Source: Paragordius varius (lineage: Eukaryota > Animalia > Nematomorpha). Taken from it: a DNA stretch of 64,000 nucleotides. Location: NCBI GenBank assembly GCA_964247055.1, contig OZ176058.1, positions 3,658,001-3,722,000 on the forward strand, read 5' to 3'. The position numbers were made by a program, and so were the translations under genes. This document shows, one piece after another, positions 13,473 to 28,500 of the stretch. A model generated the notes under the pieces. That model saw only the letters and a program-made list of their open reading frames with translations, was not told the DNA's origin and did no database searches. Positions within the stretch are counted from its first letter, which is position 1; every line of letters begins with the position of its first letter.

Positions 13473-15413
13473 TTTATTATTACGAATCCGACGAAATTAT
13501 TATTCACCTGTTTACTCCATATCTCAACCCTAAAATCACTTTTCGCACAAATATTAATGAATATTGTGAAATTTCTAAACAATTCCGCATAAATAATGTA
13601 TTTCAAATAACCTTTGTGTATTAGTTAGGTGTATTAATTCAGTTCTAATATGTATGTGAGTAAAGGTTATCATCGAATCGCTTAATTATACATTAAAAAA
13701 ATCTTAATCAATTGAGGATAGCTTATGCTGCAAAAGCTTCATATAATAGATATAAAACAAGAAAAAGGCATTTCAAAACATTTAGTAAGGAGGTGGTTAT
13801 ACATGTTGCCCATTATATCAGCGCAATAAATAAAATTAATGCAAAAGATGGATGGCTCCAAAAAAGATGAAGTTTTTTACAATTTTAGATTTTTTCTAAA
13901 AATATACATCAAGCGCCTAAAAGGCTAAAATATCATATTTTATATATATGGCATAAGGATGAAAATATTTTTTTTAGATATTTAAATATAAAATGGCCGT
14001 GGGTTATAAAATCACACTCCAAAAGATTATGACATGTTAACAGGAAATTGTTTCAACTAACCCAATTCACAGTTAATTTATGAGAAATTGTAAAAAACCT
14101 AAAAGACATAAATATTATCTTAATAATCCCATACTTTTTAAAACTTGATATTTTAATAAAAAAATTGTAATAAAAATTCAAATGTTAACCTTTACGTTTT
14201 TACGTTTTGTCTGTATAATTTCGTTTTCTACTGTAAATTGGATTTTATATAATGGGAAAAATAATCGTTAAAATGAAATTAAAAATGTACTTAAATTTTT
14301 TAATTTTGTCCTTATAATTTTTATTTTTAATCTACCCACTTAATACACAATGACCACTTTTATCGCAATGAATTATACTAAAATAAAAAATTATACGGAC
14401 AAAACATCAAAACTAAAAGACAAACATTGTTTTAAAATTTGATATTGCATAGGAATTATTTTAAAATTTTTAATGATATACAATGCTGTATACTTTTATT
14501 TAGTAATAAGATTTAATAATTTGTTCAAGTTGTAAAAAATATTTGTTGAAAAATGGACAAAAACAAGAGCTCTATGAGAAGAATACTATAATTATTTATG
14601 AAATTTTACACTTGGATACAACACATTCATTTCAATCCTTCGATTTAAATTGGGGTCGTTAGATACCCCAGGCCTGTTTAATATTCAATACTTCAAAAAA
14701 TGTGGAATAAATTAAAACCATGGCAAATGTTTGCATTTATATAACATTAATAAAATAAAATATAAAAAAGTATTCAGAATACTTGATATTATTCATTTCA
14801 GACAAATTCCAAAGTATAAAAATTTGGTTATAAATGATATAAGTGCATTAGCTAAATTTAAAAATAATGCAAGATAAACCACTTATCTAGCATTTATTTT
14901 TGCTTTAAAATTAGATAAAAACGATATTTCGCAAAAAATGTCTAAAATAAAAATGGCTAATTTGATATGGAATTTATTTTTAACTAAATTCTATTTAGAT
15001 AATTCGACTAATTTATATAATTTTTATTAGGATAGAAGCATAAATTTAATTGGGGGCCGTTTCTTTCAGTGGTTTTAAAAATATCAACTTGAGTAAATTT
15101 TAGAATTTTTAGATACCCCAATTTGAATCGGAGTTTTAATAATGTTAGGCTGGAAACTGCAAATAAATTTAGACATCATTTATTAGGGGAATTTAAAAAA
15201 GATTTGGTTTTTCTTTCATCGCACAATCGTTTGAGCTTGATTGTTCCTATAAAATACTTCTGTTTTTTCAAAATAAAATTTTTATCGTGAAAAAAAATAT
15301 TTAAGTTATGGGAAGTTGTCAAACTCACAAAATGGTTTTTTGTCTTTCATAAAATTGAACATTATACAATGGTATCAAACTTTTAGTCTTATAAAACGCA
15401 TTTAGTTCCATTA

Positions 15414-16267
15414 TACCATTTTTCATGCAAAAACATCATTTTTCAACCAAACGCAACATTTTTTTAAGCAAACGCAACATTTTTCAAGCAAAGACAACAT
15501 TTTTTCAAGCTAACGCAACATTTTTTCAAAATTGAAATCAATATCAACTTTTAATCATTCAGAAACCGTATATCTTTATTAATTTTATTATATTATAAGA
15601 ATTTAACACGAAATTCAAAAATATACAAGTTATTTACAATTTTTTATTGAAATCCATTAAAAGTTAATAATTTTGTTAAATTCAAAAATAATTTGTTTAG
15701 ACAAAAAAGTGGTTTTTAAATAAAATTTTTATTTTTATATGAATTATTATAAATCGTGAAAATTAGGTTAAAAAATAATAAATAAATAACAAATATTATG
15801 ATTAAATTAAAATTTAAAAATTTTAAGGACCAACTTGAAATGTTCACTCTTGAAGTGCAGATGGTATATAATAAATAAAATAATTAAATTAAGGGCAAAA
15901 TTAAAATGTTTGGAAATCATTTTACCATCAAATATTTTTATAATAAAAGAATAAATATCATAACTCAACGCTAAAATTTAACTAATCATTTACTTAAAAT
16001 TAAATGAATAATTATAGAATTGTCATAAAATAAAAAAAATTGGTACAAAAAAATTGTTGTTTTTGCTTGAAAAAATGTTGTCTTTGGTTGAAAAAAATGT
16101 TGCGTTTGGATGAAAAAATGTAGTCTTTGGTTGAAAAATGTTGCGTTTGCTTGAAAAATGTTGCGTTAGCTTGAAAAATTGTTGTCTTTGCTTGCAAAAA
16201 TGTTGCGTTTGCTTGAAAAAATGTTGCATTTGGTTGAAAAAATGATGATTTTGAATGAAACATGGTA
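15414..16267. mobile_element. Non-autonomous TIR element (family C), TA target duplication, 21-bp subterminal repeats
   Basis: Ends TACCATTTTTCATGC.. / ..GAATGAAACATGGTA, flanked by TA on both sides. The paralogous empty site in copy 1 (~5237, gttgat-TA-tgtattttt) has a single TA. The arms carry repeats of ~TTGCGTTTGCTTGAAAAAATG. Confidence 0.88.
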
Positions 16268-17271
16268 TATGTATTTTTATGCAATTTTAATATAAATCGA
16301 CAATATTAATTCCACCTATGTTTTCCATTATATATATAGATTATATAAATAGATTTCCATATATTTCGATCGTTATATTTTTGTTTGAGGTTACCTTTTA
16401 TTGTGATGTATATTTGGATATATATTTCTAATAAATGATTTATAATTTTTTTATACCATTTACAGTTCAAATTTACCCTGAACAATTTAATACAACCCTT
16501 AATCAATTCAAATTCACCCTTAAACAATTTAACCCTTAAATAAATTATATTGTGAAATAAATTTTGTTTAAAATTAATATAATGTGGAAAAAATAATTAA
16601 ATATGTCATAAAAATATATTTTATATGATGATATTTATATAAGCCCGAAAACATATAATTTATTTTGAGGATGAATTTAATTTGTTAAAGGGTGAATTTG
16701 AATTGTACATGGTATATCCCAATTAATTTTCATTTTCTGCGATTTCGAGCATTTATGTTTTATCAAATTTTAAATGTAACATCACAATCATTTAATCTAA
16801 AAAACAAAAATAGCAATAAAAATTTGGTAAAAAAATTATGGTGGATTCAGATAAAAGTTAATATTTTATTTTTTTCCATTTTCCATAAACAATTTTTGCA
16901 TTTTTTCCATACACGACCGCGTTGCTGATTGGCCTTAATTTAATAATTAAAATTTACCTTTGAAAACTTTGGCAGTAGTAAATGTAAAAATATTTACAAA
17001 AAATGCAATAATTTTTCGATATAATTTTTGGGAAAATTTTATTGAAGCCCAGACCATACTGTTTTGAGGTTGATAGCAACTGTATATAAATGCTTTATGA
17101 TTAAAACACTTTCCTATATTATTCGATGATGATAAACATTTTTAATCGCTTCAAATTTCAATTTTAAAGCGTGTTTGCTTTTAAATTTAGGTGAATTTTC
17201 GTAAAAATAACAATTTATATTTAACAAAATTTTCAAGACGAACGATATTTTAATCAAAATTATGAGACAAT

Positions 17272-18279
17272 GGGTGGGGTTATAAAAAAGTCTCATATGA
17301 CTTGTAAGTCAAGCGTGGCAAGTTATCAAGTTTACTTAGGCCAGCAAGTGTACACTTGAAGATCGGTGATAAAAAACAGTAAAGTCAAGTCTTTTGCTTA
17401 TGAATGTAACATTATTTTGCCACCCGATTCGAATTTTACAGAAGTAATTTTGATCATTTTCAGCCAAAATTTATGAAATAAGGCACAAAAAGATAAACAA
17501 TTAATACAATATGCATTTAATGTTTTTCAAACTCATTGGCAAGCATCTTTTTTAATATTATAGAATTTTTTCAATATTGAGCCTGGTAATAATTTTTAGA
17601 TTGATGAAACCATTCGCCCTTAAAACACTTTTCATTTCTTTATCACACTACATTTTGTTTGGAGTCAATTTGCAAATATAATGGGAAGATGTTTATACAA
17701 TATAACACATTTATTTTTAATTACATTCGGGATAAATTTATGATGAAATAAATTCTTTACGATTAATAGTGAAGTAACCTTTTGCTTTTAATAAACGAAG
17801 ATGTGAAATTTTACAAGATTAATATTTAATTATTAATTTTAAGAAATTTTCGATAATCCAATTTTTTTTGCGGTCACGGAATTGATATATTTAGCATATT
17901 TTTATATGCCATGTTATTAAATATTAGCAGAGTTTTTCTATAAATTTATCCTCTTTTGTATCCATCCAATGAATAGATTAAATAGCCAAAATTTATGAAA
18001 TTAACAATTTATAGTATTAACAAAGGTTTGAATTACATTAAAACCTAAATTTAATACAAAAATAGTTTCCAAAATAATTTTATCCATATATTTATGTGAA
18101 GTGTGGCCTACACCACACTAGCAAAATCTTTAAGTTTTACTTGATCATATGATTTTTTATCACCTGTGAATCAAGTTTTCTTGATTAAGTCGTGTAATGT
18201 TATATTTTTTTATCACATGAAAGCAAGCCATGACTTGAAAAACTTGCCAGTCACAAAAATTTTTTTTATCACCCGACCC
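17272..18279. mobile_element. Non-autonomous PIF/Harbinger-like DNA transposon, 1008 bp, 3-bp TSD (AAT)
   Basis: TIRs GGGTGGGGTTATAAAAAA / TTTTTTATCACCCGACCC; AAT on both flanks; the empty site at ~9153 (atgaca-AAT-gttcag) has one AAT. Superfamily inferred from the 3-bp TSD and GGG termini. Confidence 0.75.
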
Positions 18280-18754
18280 AATGTTCAGCAATATCAAACT
18301 ATACAGATTCTTAAAGCGTTTTTATACCCTTTCCATCATGCCTCACTATGAAAATTTTTTTAAAGTATACGTTTTAATTTTTAATCGATATTACAATATA
18401 GCTTACATATATATATATATATAATTTTATCAAGGAATCTTAGCATTAGACTTTATGTAAAGGCAACTACCCCATTTCATACCAGCGTAATTTGGCACTT
18501 GCGGAGCCCACATCTAAAAATTAACTTTATAGAAATATTGTTATATGAGGTTTATAATATATATTTGTAATGTTTTTTTGAATGAAGCATTTAGTCACCA
18601 AAAAATTTATATAACACGTTATCAAATTTTTACTTTTTTCTCAGTGACATATTGAGGTAGTTTTATATCCCAAAGCTTAATCATGTAACCAAATTAGTCT
18701 GTAAGTTATGTTAAATAAAATTTAATTATCCAATGATTTCCAAAATTACATTAA

Positions 18755-19325
18755 CACTTGGATACAACACACTCATTTTAGTCCTTCGATTCAAATTGGG
18801 GTAGTTGGATACTCCAGGCCGCTTTAAAATTAAATACTTTAAAAGATAGGAAGGAATCGAAACCATGGCAAAATTTTGCACTTATAGAACATTAATATAC
18901 CGAAATGTATAAAAAAATTATTCAATTTGATATTATTTATTATAAGCTAAAACCAAAAAGTTAAAATTTCGTCTACGTGACATTTGTGAAATAATGAAAT
19001 TAAAAAATAAAACGAATAAAACCGCTTTTTCTATTTCTATCAATGTTAGATATAATTTAATTTAAAAAGTTAGCTTTAATTATACCCTTAAAATTAAATG
19101 AAGACGATATTTTGCAAAAAATTTTTTAAAATAAAAATGGCGTCGAAGTAGTTTGACATGGAACATTTTTTTAAAACATTTTATTTAGATATTTTGGCAT
19201 ATTTTATAATTTTTATTGGGATAGAGGCTAAAATTTAAATTGGGACCGTTTTCTTCTGTAGTTTTTTAAAATATTAATTTAAATTTAGTCTGGGGTATTT
19301 AAATACCTCATTTTGAATCGACTGT
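18755..19325. mobile_element. piggyBac-like non-autonomous element (family E); other copies at 4450-4971 and 14609-15135
   Basis: TTAA|CACT..~28 bp..CGATTCAAATTGGGGT at the left; ACC(C/T)CA(A/T)TTTGAATCG..|TTAA at the right. Here it interrupts another repeat whose uninterrupted copy is at ~9300-9315. The TTAA flanks and asymmetric terminal/subterminal repeat spacing are piggyBac-like. Confidence 0.7.
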
Positions 19326-22300
19326 TTAACTTATTTTTTAACAGTTTTGTAAGTTGGAATATAGAGAAAATTGGGTCAGAATCAAGACACGATTTAATAG
19401 ACAACTGATTTTTAATCAATAAATATTATTTCAGGTAAAATGCATCTGCTTTATAAAGTTATTTATTTACATTTTCTAACCATAAATTATTTTTATTTGC
19501 CTATCATATTAACGATTTAAAAAATTTAAAGAAATAAAAAGGGCGACGAAAAAGTTTGAGATGAGTATTTTTTTACAATTTTATATTTTAAAATGTTTTT
19601 TATAATGCGCTTAAAAGGCCAAAAAAGCGTATTTCCGATTCGGCTCAAAATCTTTTTATTCAAGATTTCCAAATTTCAATTCGCTATGATGGTATACAAG
19701 ACTATATCAAAGAAACTGTTAAGAACGTGCACAAATATTACCATTTTCTGATATTAAGCAATTATTACAAAAGTGTAATAAACTTTCTTATATGGGTCGT
19801 AAGAGCTAAAACCATAAGCACCATAATAATCCTGTATTTATCTATCAGAATATATATAGTTCATCTAGATATTTTTCATATACCCGATTCCGGATGCAGT
19901 ATATAGTTGCTTATTTTAGCGATATTTTTTATGGATTTAGCTTTAGGAAAAAAAATTCGTTAAAATATGTACAATGTCATTTTTTAATATGGAGAATTTA
20001 CCAGTAAAGTATGATAATTTAAATTATTTTTAAGACATAAAACATGAAGGTTCTGATATATATATATATATACCAATTAGAATATATATAGATCATTCGG
20101 ATATTTTATGCACCCCCTTCTTTTGTGTAAAGTGCAAACTTTTACTTAATTAAACGCATTTCACCTTTAAAAATATTAGATTATCACAGGCTAACATCAA
20201 TTTCCCTGACATAATATGTAGTATTTCAGTGTTTCAAATTGAAAATAAACTATAATATATTTTTATTTTATATATATGCTAAAGCATATTAATAGATATT
20301 CCCGATTTTTTGCACTATGATACCAATAAAGTTAAAGTCAAGATTACTTTATGCACATTATAATTTTGTGCTTTTTCACTATAAAATTTAAATTTTTTAA
20401 TAAATAAATTAATTTTAAATGGTTATCTAATTATTTTGACTGATTATTATATATTTATATATATATATATATATATAATCTTGAAAATTAACAAATTTAT
20501 TGTAAATCGCACGATGTGATTTAATGAATTTTAAAAAGAAAAGCTGTTGATTTGTTTTTTTCACATTTTCGAAACACGCCTGTTTTGCATTTTGGTAAGC
20601 AAATATTTATTTAATTTTTTTTAAATAAAATATTAAAATTTAAAGCATTAATTTTTGTTACTTTAAATTGTCATTTACATTTTTGTATAAAAATAATTTT
20701 TATTTATTTAATTTTTTTTAATTGTTGCAACCAGGTAATTGTGTCATATTTTGGCACAAAGTATTTAACACAAAATTTTATATTAAGTATAAAATGTCCA
20801 TAACCTATTTAAAACTATATAATTACAAAAATAACAGTTTTTTTAAATTTTATAAAAATTTGACGTATAAATTAACTTTTACTTAATGAAAAAATTATTG
20901 TTTTCTGCCTAAAGGTATTTAAAATATATTTTAAAGTTTCTAATGGACTTTGAGTGTTAATTTTAGTTTTAATAAATTATCTAAAAAATGTGCAAATTTC
21001 AAACTATATATTTTATTTAAAATAATTTAAATATTTTTACCTGTTTTAAATATTATTTTTACAAATTTAATAAATTTAATAAGTATATATTTTTTAATTT
21101 TTATAAAGCATAAATACTTTTAACAATAATTGTTAGTTAAACCAATTGAATAAACAAGAATGATATATCATTAACTTTTCACTTTTTTCCTAGTTTACAT
21201 GTTGGGGTAGTTTGATATCCCTGAGATTTATTGTTAATAAACCACTGTTTTAAAATGTTTTTCAGATGAAATTTAATTATCAAACATTATTTTTAGGTAT
21301 TAAGTAAAAAAGTTTATTTTATTATACCTTTGTGACATCTAAAAAAATTAGGACACAATCAAAACACGATTGAAATGAACAGCTGATATTAAAATCGAAA
21401 TATATCAAGTTTTTGCCAGTTAAATATAGCTTAAAATTTTAAGTTAATTATTTATGCATTTTCTAACTATGATATACATTTGCCTGTTACATAAGCGATT
21501 TAAAATTTTTTTATTCATAGAAAAATGGCGACAACAAAGTTTGAGATAAACATTTTTTTACATTTTAAAAAATTTTTGTATACTGCCTAAAAGACTAAAT
21601 CAAACATAATGTTCTTCTTAATACCTTAAATACTTTTTAAGAATTCAAATTTCAAATTATTGGAGTGTTGAAAAAAATATTTTCAGTCAAAATATATCTT
21701 TTAAATCAGAATCATAGAAATTCCATTTAAATTTGCCAAAAAAATAAAAAATAAATAAAATTATATTGATTTTACATATATATTTCCAATTATTAATTGC
21801 GCAATTTACCTTATAGTTTGCGTTGATAAAATCAATTAATTATATTTATTGATTAATTTTTATTAAGGCAACAACTCTCGTTTTATCTTACCTGTATACT
21901 TATATTTAATTTTTATAAGTTTTTTATAGTTTAATTTCGTCTTAATTTTTTTTTCAAACTACGATCCTATATAAAGGTAATTATTAATTATATTGAAATA
22001 ACTCCATAATATGTTAAATATATTATTTTTTTTAGTTAAAAAATTATTGATGAAATTTTTTTTATAAAAACCAAGTGATTTTATAACATTTGCTGGTCTG
22101 TGGGATTTCATTTTTTTTCCGCATAATTTTGTAAAATGGTATATATTTTTGATTAATTTTTGAGTGTATTCTTAGTTTAAAATATAATTTTCAACTAATT
22201 TTATTTTTTATACCTTAATTTAATTTTATGTTTTAATTTGGTAAAGTTTTATGTTCTCAACGAAAGGATTGATAAATTACTATATGAAAAATTTTGGCTT

Positions 22301-23279
22301 TTAGATCAAGTTATTTCAAACTTACAAATTCAACCTAATCCATAATATAAAGGTGCTTTAATTACTATAAACGAATTGAAAGAAATTTCAAAATATTTTT
22401 AAGTATTTTGTTGGTGTTTTTATGTAAAATTCCCCACCAAATCTGTTTATATATCTAAAAATACACTTTTAAATCACAAAAAAATCTTGTATCCAAAACA
22501 ACAGTTTTTGCGTTCAGTGTTGAAATAATATAGAATCAACCAATCAATAGATGATTGTCTTTAAGGCGATGAAAAATTATTATAAAAACTTTTATTAGGT
22601 ATAAAATGAAATGTTCTTAAGTTTGCACCATGTTTTAAACTATTTTATATGCTTCTCGTTTGCAATAAAATATCAATAGTTTAAACTGCATTACCTTTTT
22701 ATACCTTTTGGGGTTAGAGGTCAATTTTGTAAATAACTTCAGTTTTGAAAAATATTTTTAGTTAAAATTTAATTATCAAACATTGATCTCGTGTATTAAT
22801 TAAAAATGCTCATTTTTTTAACAATTTTATGACTTTTAGACTCCGAAATTCGGACAGCTTCAAAACACGATTGAAACGAACAGCTGATATTTAATCAAGT
22901 TTTTGTTGTTAATATTTAGCCTGAAAGCTTTTAAAGTTAACTATTTACATTTTATACTCATAAATTACATTTTAGCGATTTAAGAATAGAAAATAAAATG
23001 GCGAGTTTGAGATGAGGATTTTACAATTTTACATTTTTTATAAAAAAAATTCAAAGTAATGCGCATAAAAGGCTAAAGCATATTTTTGGACTATAATACC
23101 TTAAAATTTTTAAGATATTTAAATTTATTTCTGTGGGATATAAAACTACCTTAAAAGGTAATGGAGTGTGCTAATACTTTTATTTTAAGTTTTATTATCA
23201 CGGTTTGATTAAACATAAGCCATATTGGAGAATACATGTTACAATTGTTTTATATATGATATGATCTATATATATTATA

Positions 23280-23550
23280 TACCATTTACAATTCAAATTC
23301 ACCCTAAAATAAATTAGGTGTTTTTTAAGATTAAAAAGTACCTATATTTTAAATGTAAAAAATTTTGTTTTAAATTACAATAATACTGAAAAATAATTAA
23401 CTATGCCATAAAGATGTATTTTATATCAATAATTAGTTATATTCGCTCGAAAATACATAATTTATTTTTGGGTAAATTTGAATTGGTCGAGGTGAATTTG
23501 AAACGTACAAGGGTAAATTTAAATTGTGTGAATTTAAACTTTAAATGGTA
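23280..23550. mobile_element. Family B MITE (further copies 5442-5708, 16454-16714, ~24810-25060, 25704-25992, ~31104-31446, ~31881-32130, 40020-~40262, 40896-41188, 48892-49169)
   Basis: Same TACCATTTAC.. / ..GTAAATGGTA termini, TA flanks and conserved AT-rich core (AAATAAATTATGTG..., CTATGCCATAAAGA..., AAACACATAATTTATTTTTAGGG). Confidence 0.85.
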
Positions 23551-24524
23551 TATTGCAAAAATTTTAACATAGAATGCATATTTTTAAATTTGAACCAATA
23601 TATGTAGTCAACTATTTAAACCCAAATTTTATACTTTTTATTGATCTGAAACAATGTTATATTTGCTGAAATCTAATCATTTTTTCAAGCAATTTATAAG
23701 CCAAAAATAATTTAATTATTAAAATAATAGTTGATTAACACGAAAAATTTTTAAAATATACACCATCTAGTTAATTATGTAACGTTTTCTTTGATTATTT
23801 TTTAGCATATAGTATTTTAAATCAAAAATGTAAAATTAAATTTTTTATTAATTTATATTAATCTCTTGTCAATTTTTTGTAAAAATTATAAGCTGATTAA
23901 AACCGTATTGCTATTTATCTAACTCATAAAATGTTTAATTTATATTTAAAATATTTTTATTTATTTTTTATTAATTTTTAGAAATCCGCCTTTAAATATG
24001 AATTATTAATTTTTTAAATATTTATGACCGTCAAATAAAAAAGACACAGTCGGATTACATATAAATTCAAATCTTTGTTTTTTTTTACGTTTTCTTTTCT
24101 GTCATTTACAAAGTCAAAAAATTTGAATAAAACTATTTTTTTTTTATATAAATTTCTTATTTTATTCGTTTTTTGTTTAGTTTTACACAAAGTATGAAGA
24201 ATTGATGTGAATGTATTTATATTGCATAATGAAAATATCATCCGCTTTGCTATAACTTTCAAACTAACGAACGGACAGACAACATTATTTATTCAACCAA
24301 TTTTCGATTCCATAAACTATCTACCTACCTTACTGTGTTTCCATTTATTGTTATTGAAGGGGGACCTTTTTGAATTTTTTTCGTTTAAAATTTTTTTCTT
24401 ATATTCTGTTTTCAATTCCATCCACATATTCCAAATATATTTGGAACAATTCTAAAGTTTTAAATAAAAAAATAGTTTAATCAAAACTTTTTTTTATCTC
24501 GCTGCAAGTGATTAAAGTAGCAAC

Positions 24525-25485
24525 ATGGCCGGTGGTATATGGCAAAAGGCTAGCAATATATATACCCGAGTCCTTACAAATGGAGGTTAATTTTAATGCT
24601 TTTTTAATTTTATCATTCTATAATTTTTTTTTGAAAACGATTAAAATTATAACGGAAAATAAAGTTTTTTTTTATAAAAGACAATCATACTTTTTTACTT
24701 AAACCTTTATTTTTTACTCATATAAATTATGTAATTACAATTGTAAAATATATATAATTGATTGTTGGAACAATATACTTATTAATATCATTCCTTGCAA
24801 TTTAAATCACCCTTAAACAATTCATCCTTAAAGATTCACTCTCGAACAATTCAAATTCACCTAAAATAAATTATGTGTTTTTAAGATTAAAAATCACCTA
24901 TTTTCATATTTATATAAAATGAAATTTCGTTTAAAATTAATATAATATTGAAAAAATAATATGCCATAAGAATATATTTCTTATTAACGATGAGTTATAT
25001 TAGCCCGAAAACACTTAAATTATTTTTAGGGTGAATATAAAATTGTTCAAGGTGAATTTGAATTGTTTGAGGATGAATTATTGGATAGTATTTATTCTTT
25101 GAAGTGAGGTGATGTCTTTTAGAAAATATTTGTCTTATTTTTACGTTTTGTCCGTATAATTTTAATTCTTTACTCTATATATAAATTGTAAAATGCGCTG
25201 ATTGTAATATTTTTTAATTTGCATATTTACAGTATTTGTGAACATTTCTGTTAGCTAATATTTTAGAAATATACAATAGCTTGTATGATATAAAATAAAA
25301 CTTGTCAATTTATATAAAGCAAACAATATAATTAATGTTGTGTAAGTAAGCGATAGTAACAATGTTTAATTTTACTCGTTTATTCTTTTTACCCATATCC
25401 TACTGTTGTTGTGCCAATTGGCCAGGTAATTCAGATTTAAACTAAACTTTTATTAATGTTTAATTTAGGAAAAAAAATTGTTAAA

Positions 25486-25523
<38 letters not shown>

Positions 25524-28500
25524 CTAGTCCTGATAAATTTTTTCTTATCTTTCTACACTTTCCTTTTTTTATTAAGTAATATTTTAAAATTTAGGTTACC
25601 ATTTTTGCCTTTATTTTTAGATTTTTTTTTGTTTGTTTGAAACTGTGAAACAATTTTGAAATAACGAATATTTTTTTTGTCAAACCATTTCTATATATAT
25701 ATATACCGTTTACAATTCAAATTCACCCTCAAACAATTAAAATTCCTAAAAATAAATTATGTACTTGTAGGCTAAATCTCATTATTAATATGAAGTAAAC
25801 TTTTATGGCATAGTTTATTATTTTATCAGTATTATTTTAATTATAAACAAAATTCCTTTTTAAAAATATAAATAATTTTTAAGCCTAAAAAACCCATATT
25901 TTTTAAGGGTAAATTTGTTGTTCGAGGGTAAATTTGAATTGTTTAAGGGTGAATTTGGATTATTCAAGGGTGAATTTGAACTGTAAATGGTATTTTAAAA
26001 ATTAAATACTTTATGGACAGTTATTGATTTTTGTTGCTTTTTGGGTAGTTTTTAATCATTTGGAGCAATTTTGTTATTGAAATTTTATCGAGAACCTAAT
26101 TTGATTTCGGGCAAAATTATAACATCTATAGCTTTTAGAGTGCATTATTCGTAAAAAATATATATTTTATAAAATTTAAATTTTTGTATCCCCGTTTTGG
26201 TTATCTCAAAATTTTTTAAGGCAATTTATGTGGATTTAAATATGTCAAAAAAAAGTATTTGAATCTTGATTTTTAAGGGTGAGGTGAATACTTTTAATAA
26301 TTTTTTTTGACATAAATTTAATAATTTTTATAAAAACATCTGTATTTTATGGGTTACTAAATTTATACGTTTAAATCGGAGGTGGTATGCTCACAAATTT
26401 TAAAAAAAGTGTTGTAAACAATTGTTCTTAATTTTTCAATCGTCAATAACTAGAAAAAATTATTAAATTGTGTGTTTGATTTTTTCAGTCCTAGGTTTTA
26501 AACCAAATAGATAGTTAAATGGTATGACTAGGTTTTTTTACTATGCGATAAAATTTTTTTAAAAATGAAACTGAATGTTTATATTCGATTTAACAGTAGT
26601 AAAAATTGAAATTATACAGTCAAAACGTAAAAATATTAAGACATATTTTTTTAAAAAGACAATCATACTTTATAATCCTTAATTTTTCCTGTATAAATTA
26701 ATTTATATACATCGAATACATAACTAAAAATATTTCAAACTTTGCAATTTTAAACAATGAGTTATATTTAAAAAATTAAGTTAAAAAAATCTGGTTGTCT
26801 TTTGAAAAAATTTATGTTAATATTTTTACGTTTTGTCCGTATAATTTTAATATTTGCTGTAAAATAGTGTAAGATGGATATAGAAACTTTAGTATATATT
26901 CAAATTTACCCTCGGACAAATTTCGACAATTTAAATTCACCCTAAAAATAAATTATAAAATTGGGCTATTAAATATATCTTTATTGCAAAGTTTTTCATT
27001 TTTCAGTATTACTTTAATTTTAAACAAAATTGGATATCTTTAAAAATATTAAAAAATATAGGTAATTTATAATCTGAAAAAACACATAATTTAATATGAT
27101 GTGAATTTGAGGTGTAAATGGTATATATGTAAACTGTATTGCGGTATTTTATTTTTAGCTTTTAAGCTAATTATTGCATGCTTCTTATCAATTTTTCTTT
27201 TTTTAACAAAGGAGCTTAGAGGTACTAGGAACTATGACAGGAGTTTGTTTTACCGTAAATAATGGAAAATCAATAAAATAATAGCAACCTGTTGTGCTCT
27301 ACACACAAATTAGTGTGGTTTATCTTTTATAGGTTATGCTGTTGAGAGAAATTGTTTTGGTTTATAAGAGTTTTTAAATTGGTTAGAACTTTTATTACTT
27401 GTATCATTATAAATATAGCAAGAAAAAGCAAGAACCAATCAATTATAGGACCTGTTTAAGCCAATTATCATACCTTTTTATCGTATTTCGCTAATAGTTT
27501 CTATATAATTTTATTATTTTCTCTCTTAACATTACTACAACATTATTATTCTTTTTGCGCAAGCATGACTCTCTAAGAATATATAAGTGAAAATTTATAA
27601 CCTCTGACAAGGCACATACATTCCTTGAAAGTTCATTAAAAATTTATTGTATCCAATCTTTTTGAGTTATTTTATTAAGTCTTATCTAGAGCAACAGGAG
27701 AGAGGAGGTCTTTAATTTAATCAATAATTTATGGTTATTTTTTGCTTTCGTGAAAAAAATTATAAATAAATATTTTAAAGCGCAATCACGTGACACGGTC
27801 ATAATCGTCTGATTGATAAAAACGAACGATATTTGATTAATTTACAGTATAAGTATATATAAATTGCTAGAAAGTTATTAATTATTGCCTAATAGCATAT
27901 GCAGCCAAGATAATTATAATTGGCTAATAATAGTAAAAAGTGAAAAAAATAACTATAAGCCAATAATACAGCCCTTTGTTGTACATGCTATTTGGCACTA
28001 ATTAATAACTTTCTAGCAAAGTATTACTAGGTATACAGAAAGACATAAATAACAACCAAATTTTTTAATAAAATTGATTTTTTCACATTTAAATTTGCTT
28101 ACAATTAGTAGAAATGCAATCTATAAAATTTTATTAGTATAGAACAGGAATGTCCAACATGAGGCCTGTGATGGAATATCACAATTAGCAAATAATCTTT
28201 GTAAAATTGATATTTTTTAAACAATTTATTTGATTAGGAAGTCTATAATTGGCAAGAATTATAAAAAATGTTATATCATGTTTGATTTTCAGTCTTATGG
28301 ATGGCTAAAATATAATAAATTATTTATGAATGACATATTACAAATACGTTCGGCCTGATTTTTAATCAAAAATGCAGCCACGAATCTATTTGTGTTGGAC
28401 ACCATTGGGATAGAATATTTAGGAAAAATCAAATATTTAAAAATAAGACTGTCTTTTCAAAAAAATATTTGTATTATGTATTTTACATTGTGTCTGTACA

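Larger units (their letters stand above)
10007..19770. repeat. Tandem segmental duplication, copy 2 (with extra insertions at ~10393-10560, 15414-16267, 17272-18279, ~18330-18670, 18755-19325)
   Basis: Starts ATAAAATTTGGCAAAATTGTATGATT, matching position 1, and is collinear with copy 1 apart from the listed insertions and the absence of 5936-8870. Confidence 0.92.

Noticed and set aside
16012-16284. Overlapping minus-strand ORFs with NATFFQ / QHFFKQ repeats (also 38604-39649)
   Set aside because: They come from the 21-bp subterminal repeats of family C and are not genes.
24014-24702. ORFs 24014-24262, 24207-24455, 24508-24702
   Set aside because: These are AT-rich chance ORFs upstream of or overlapping ELOVL exon 1; the exon is in a different frame from 24508-24702.
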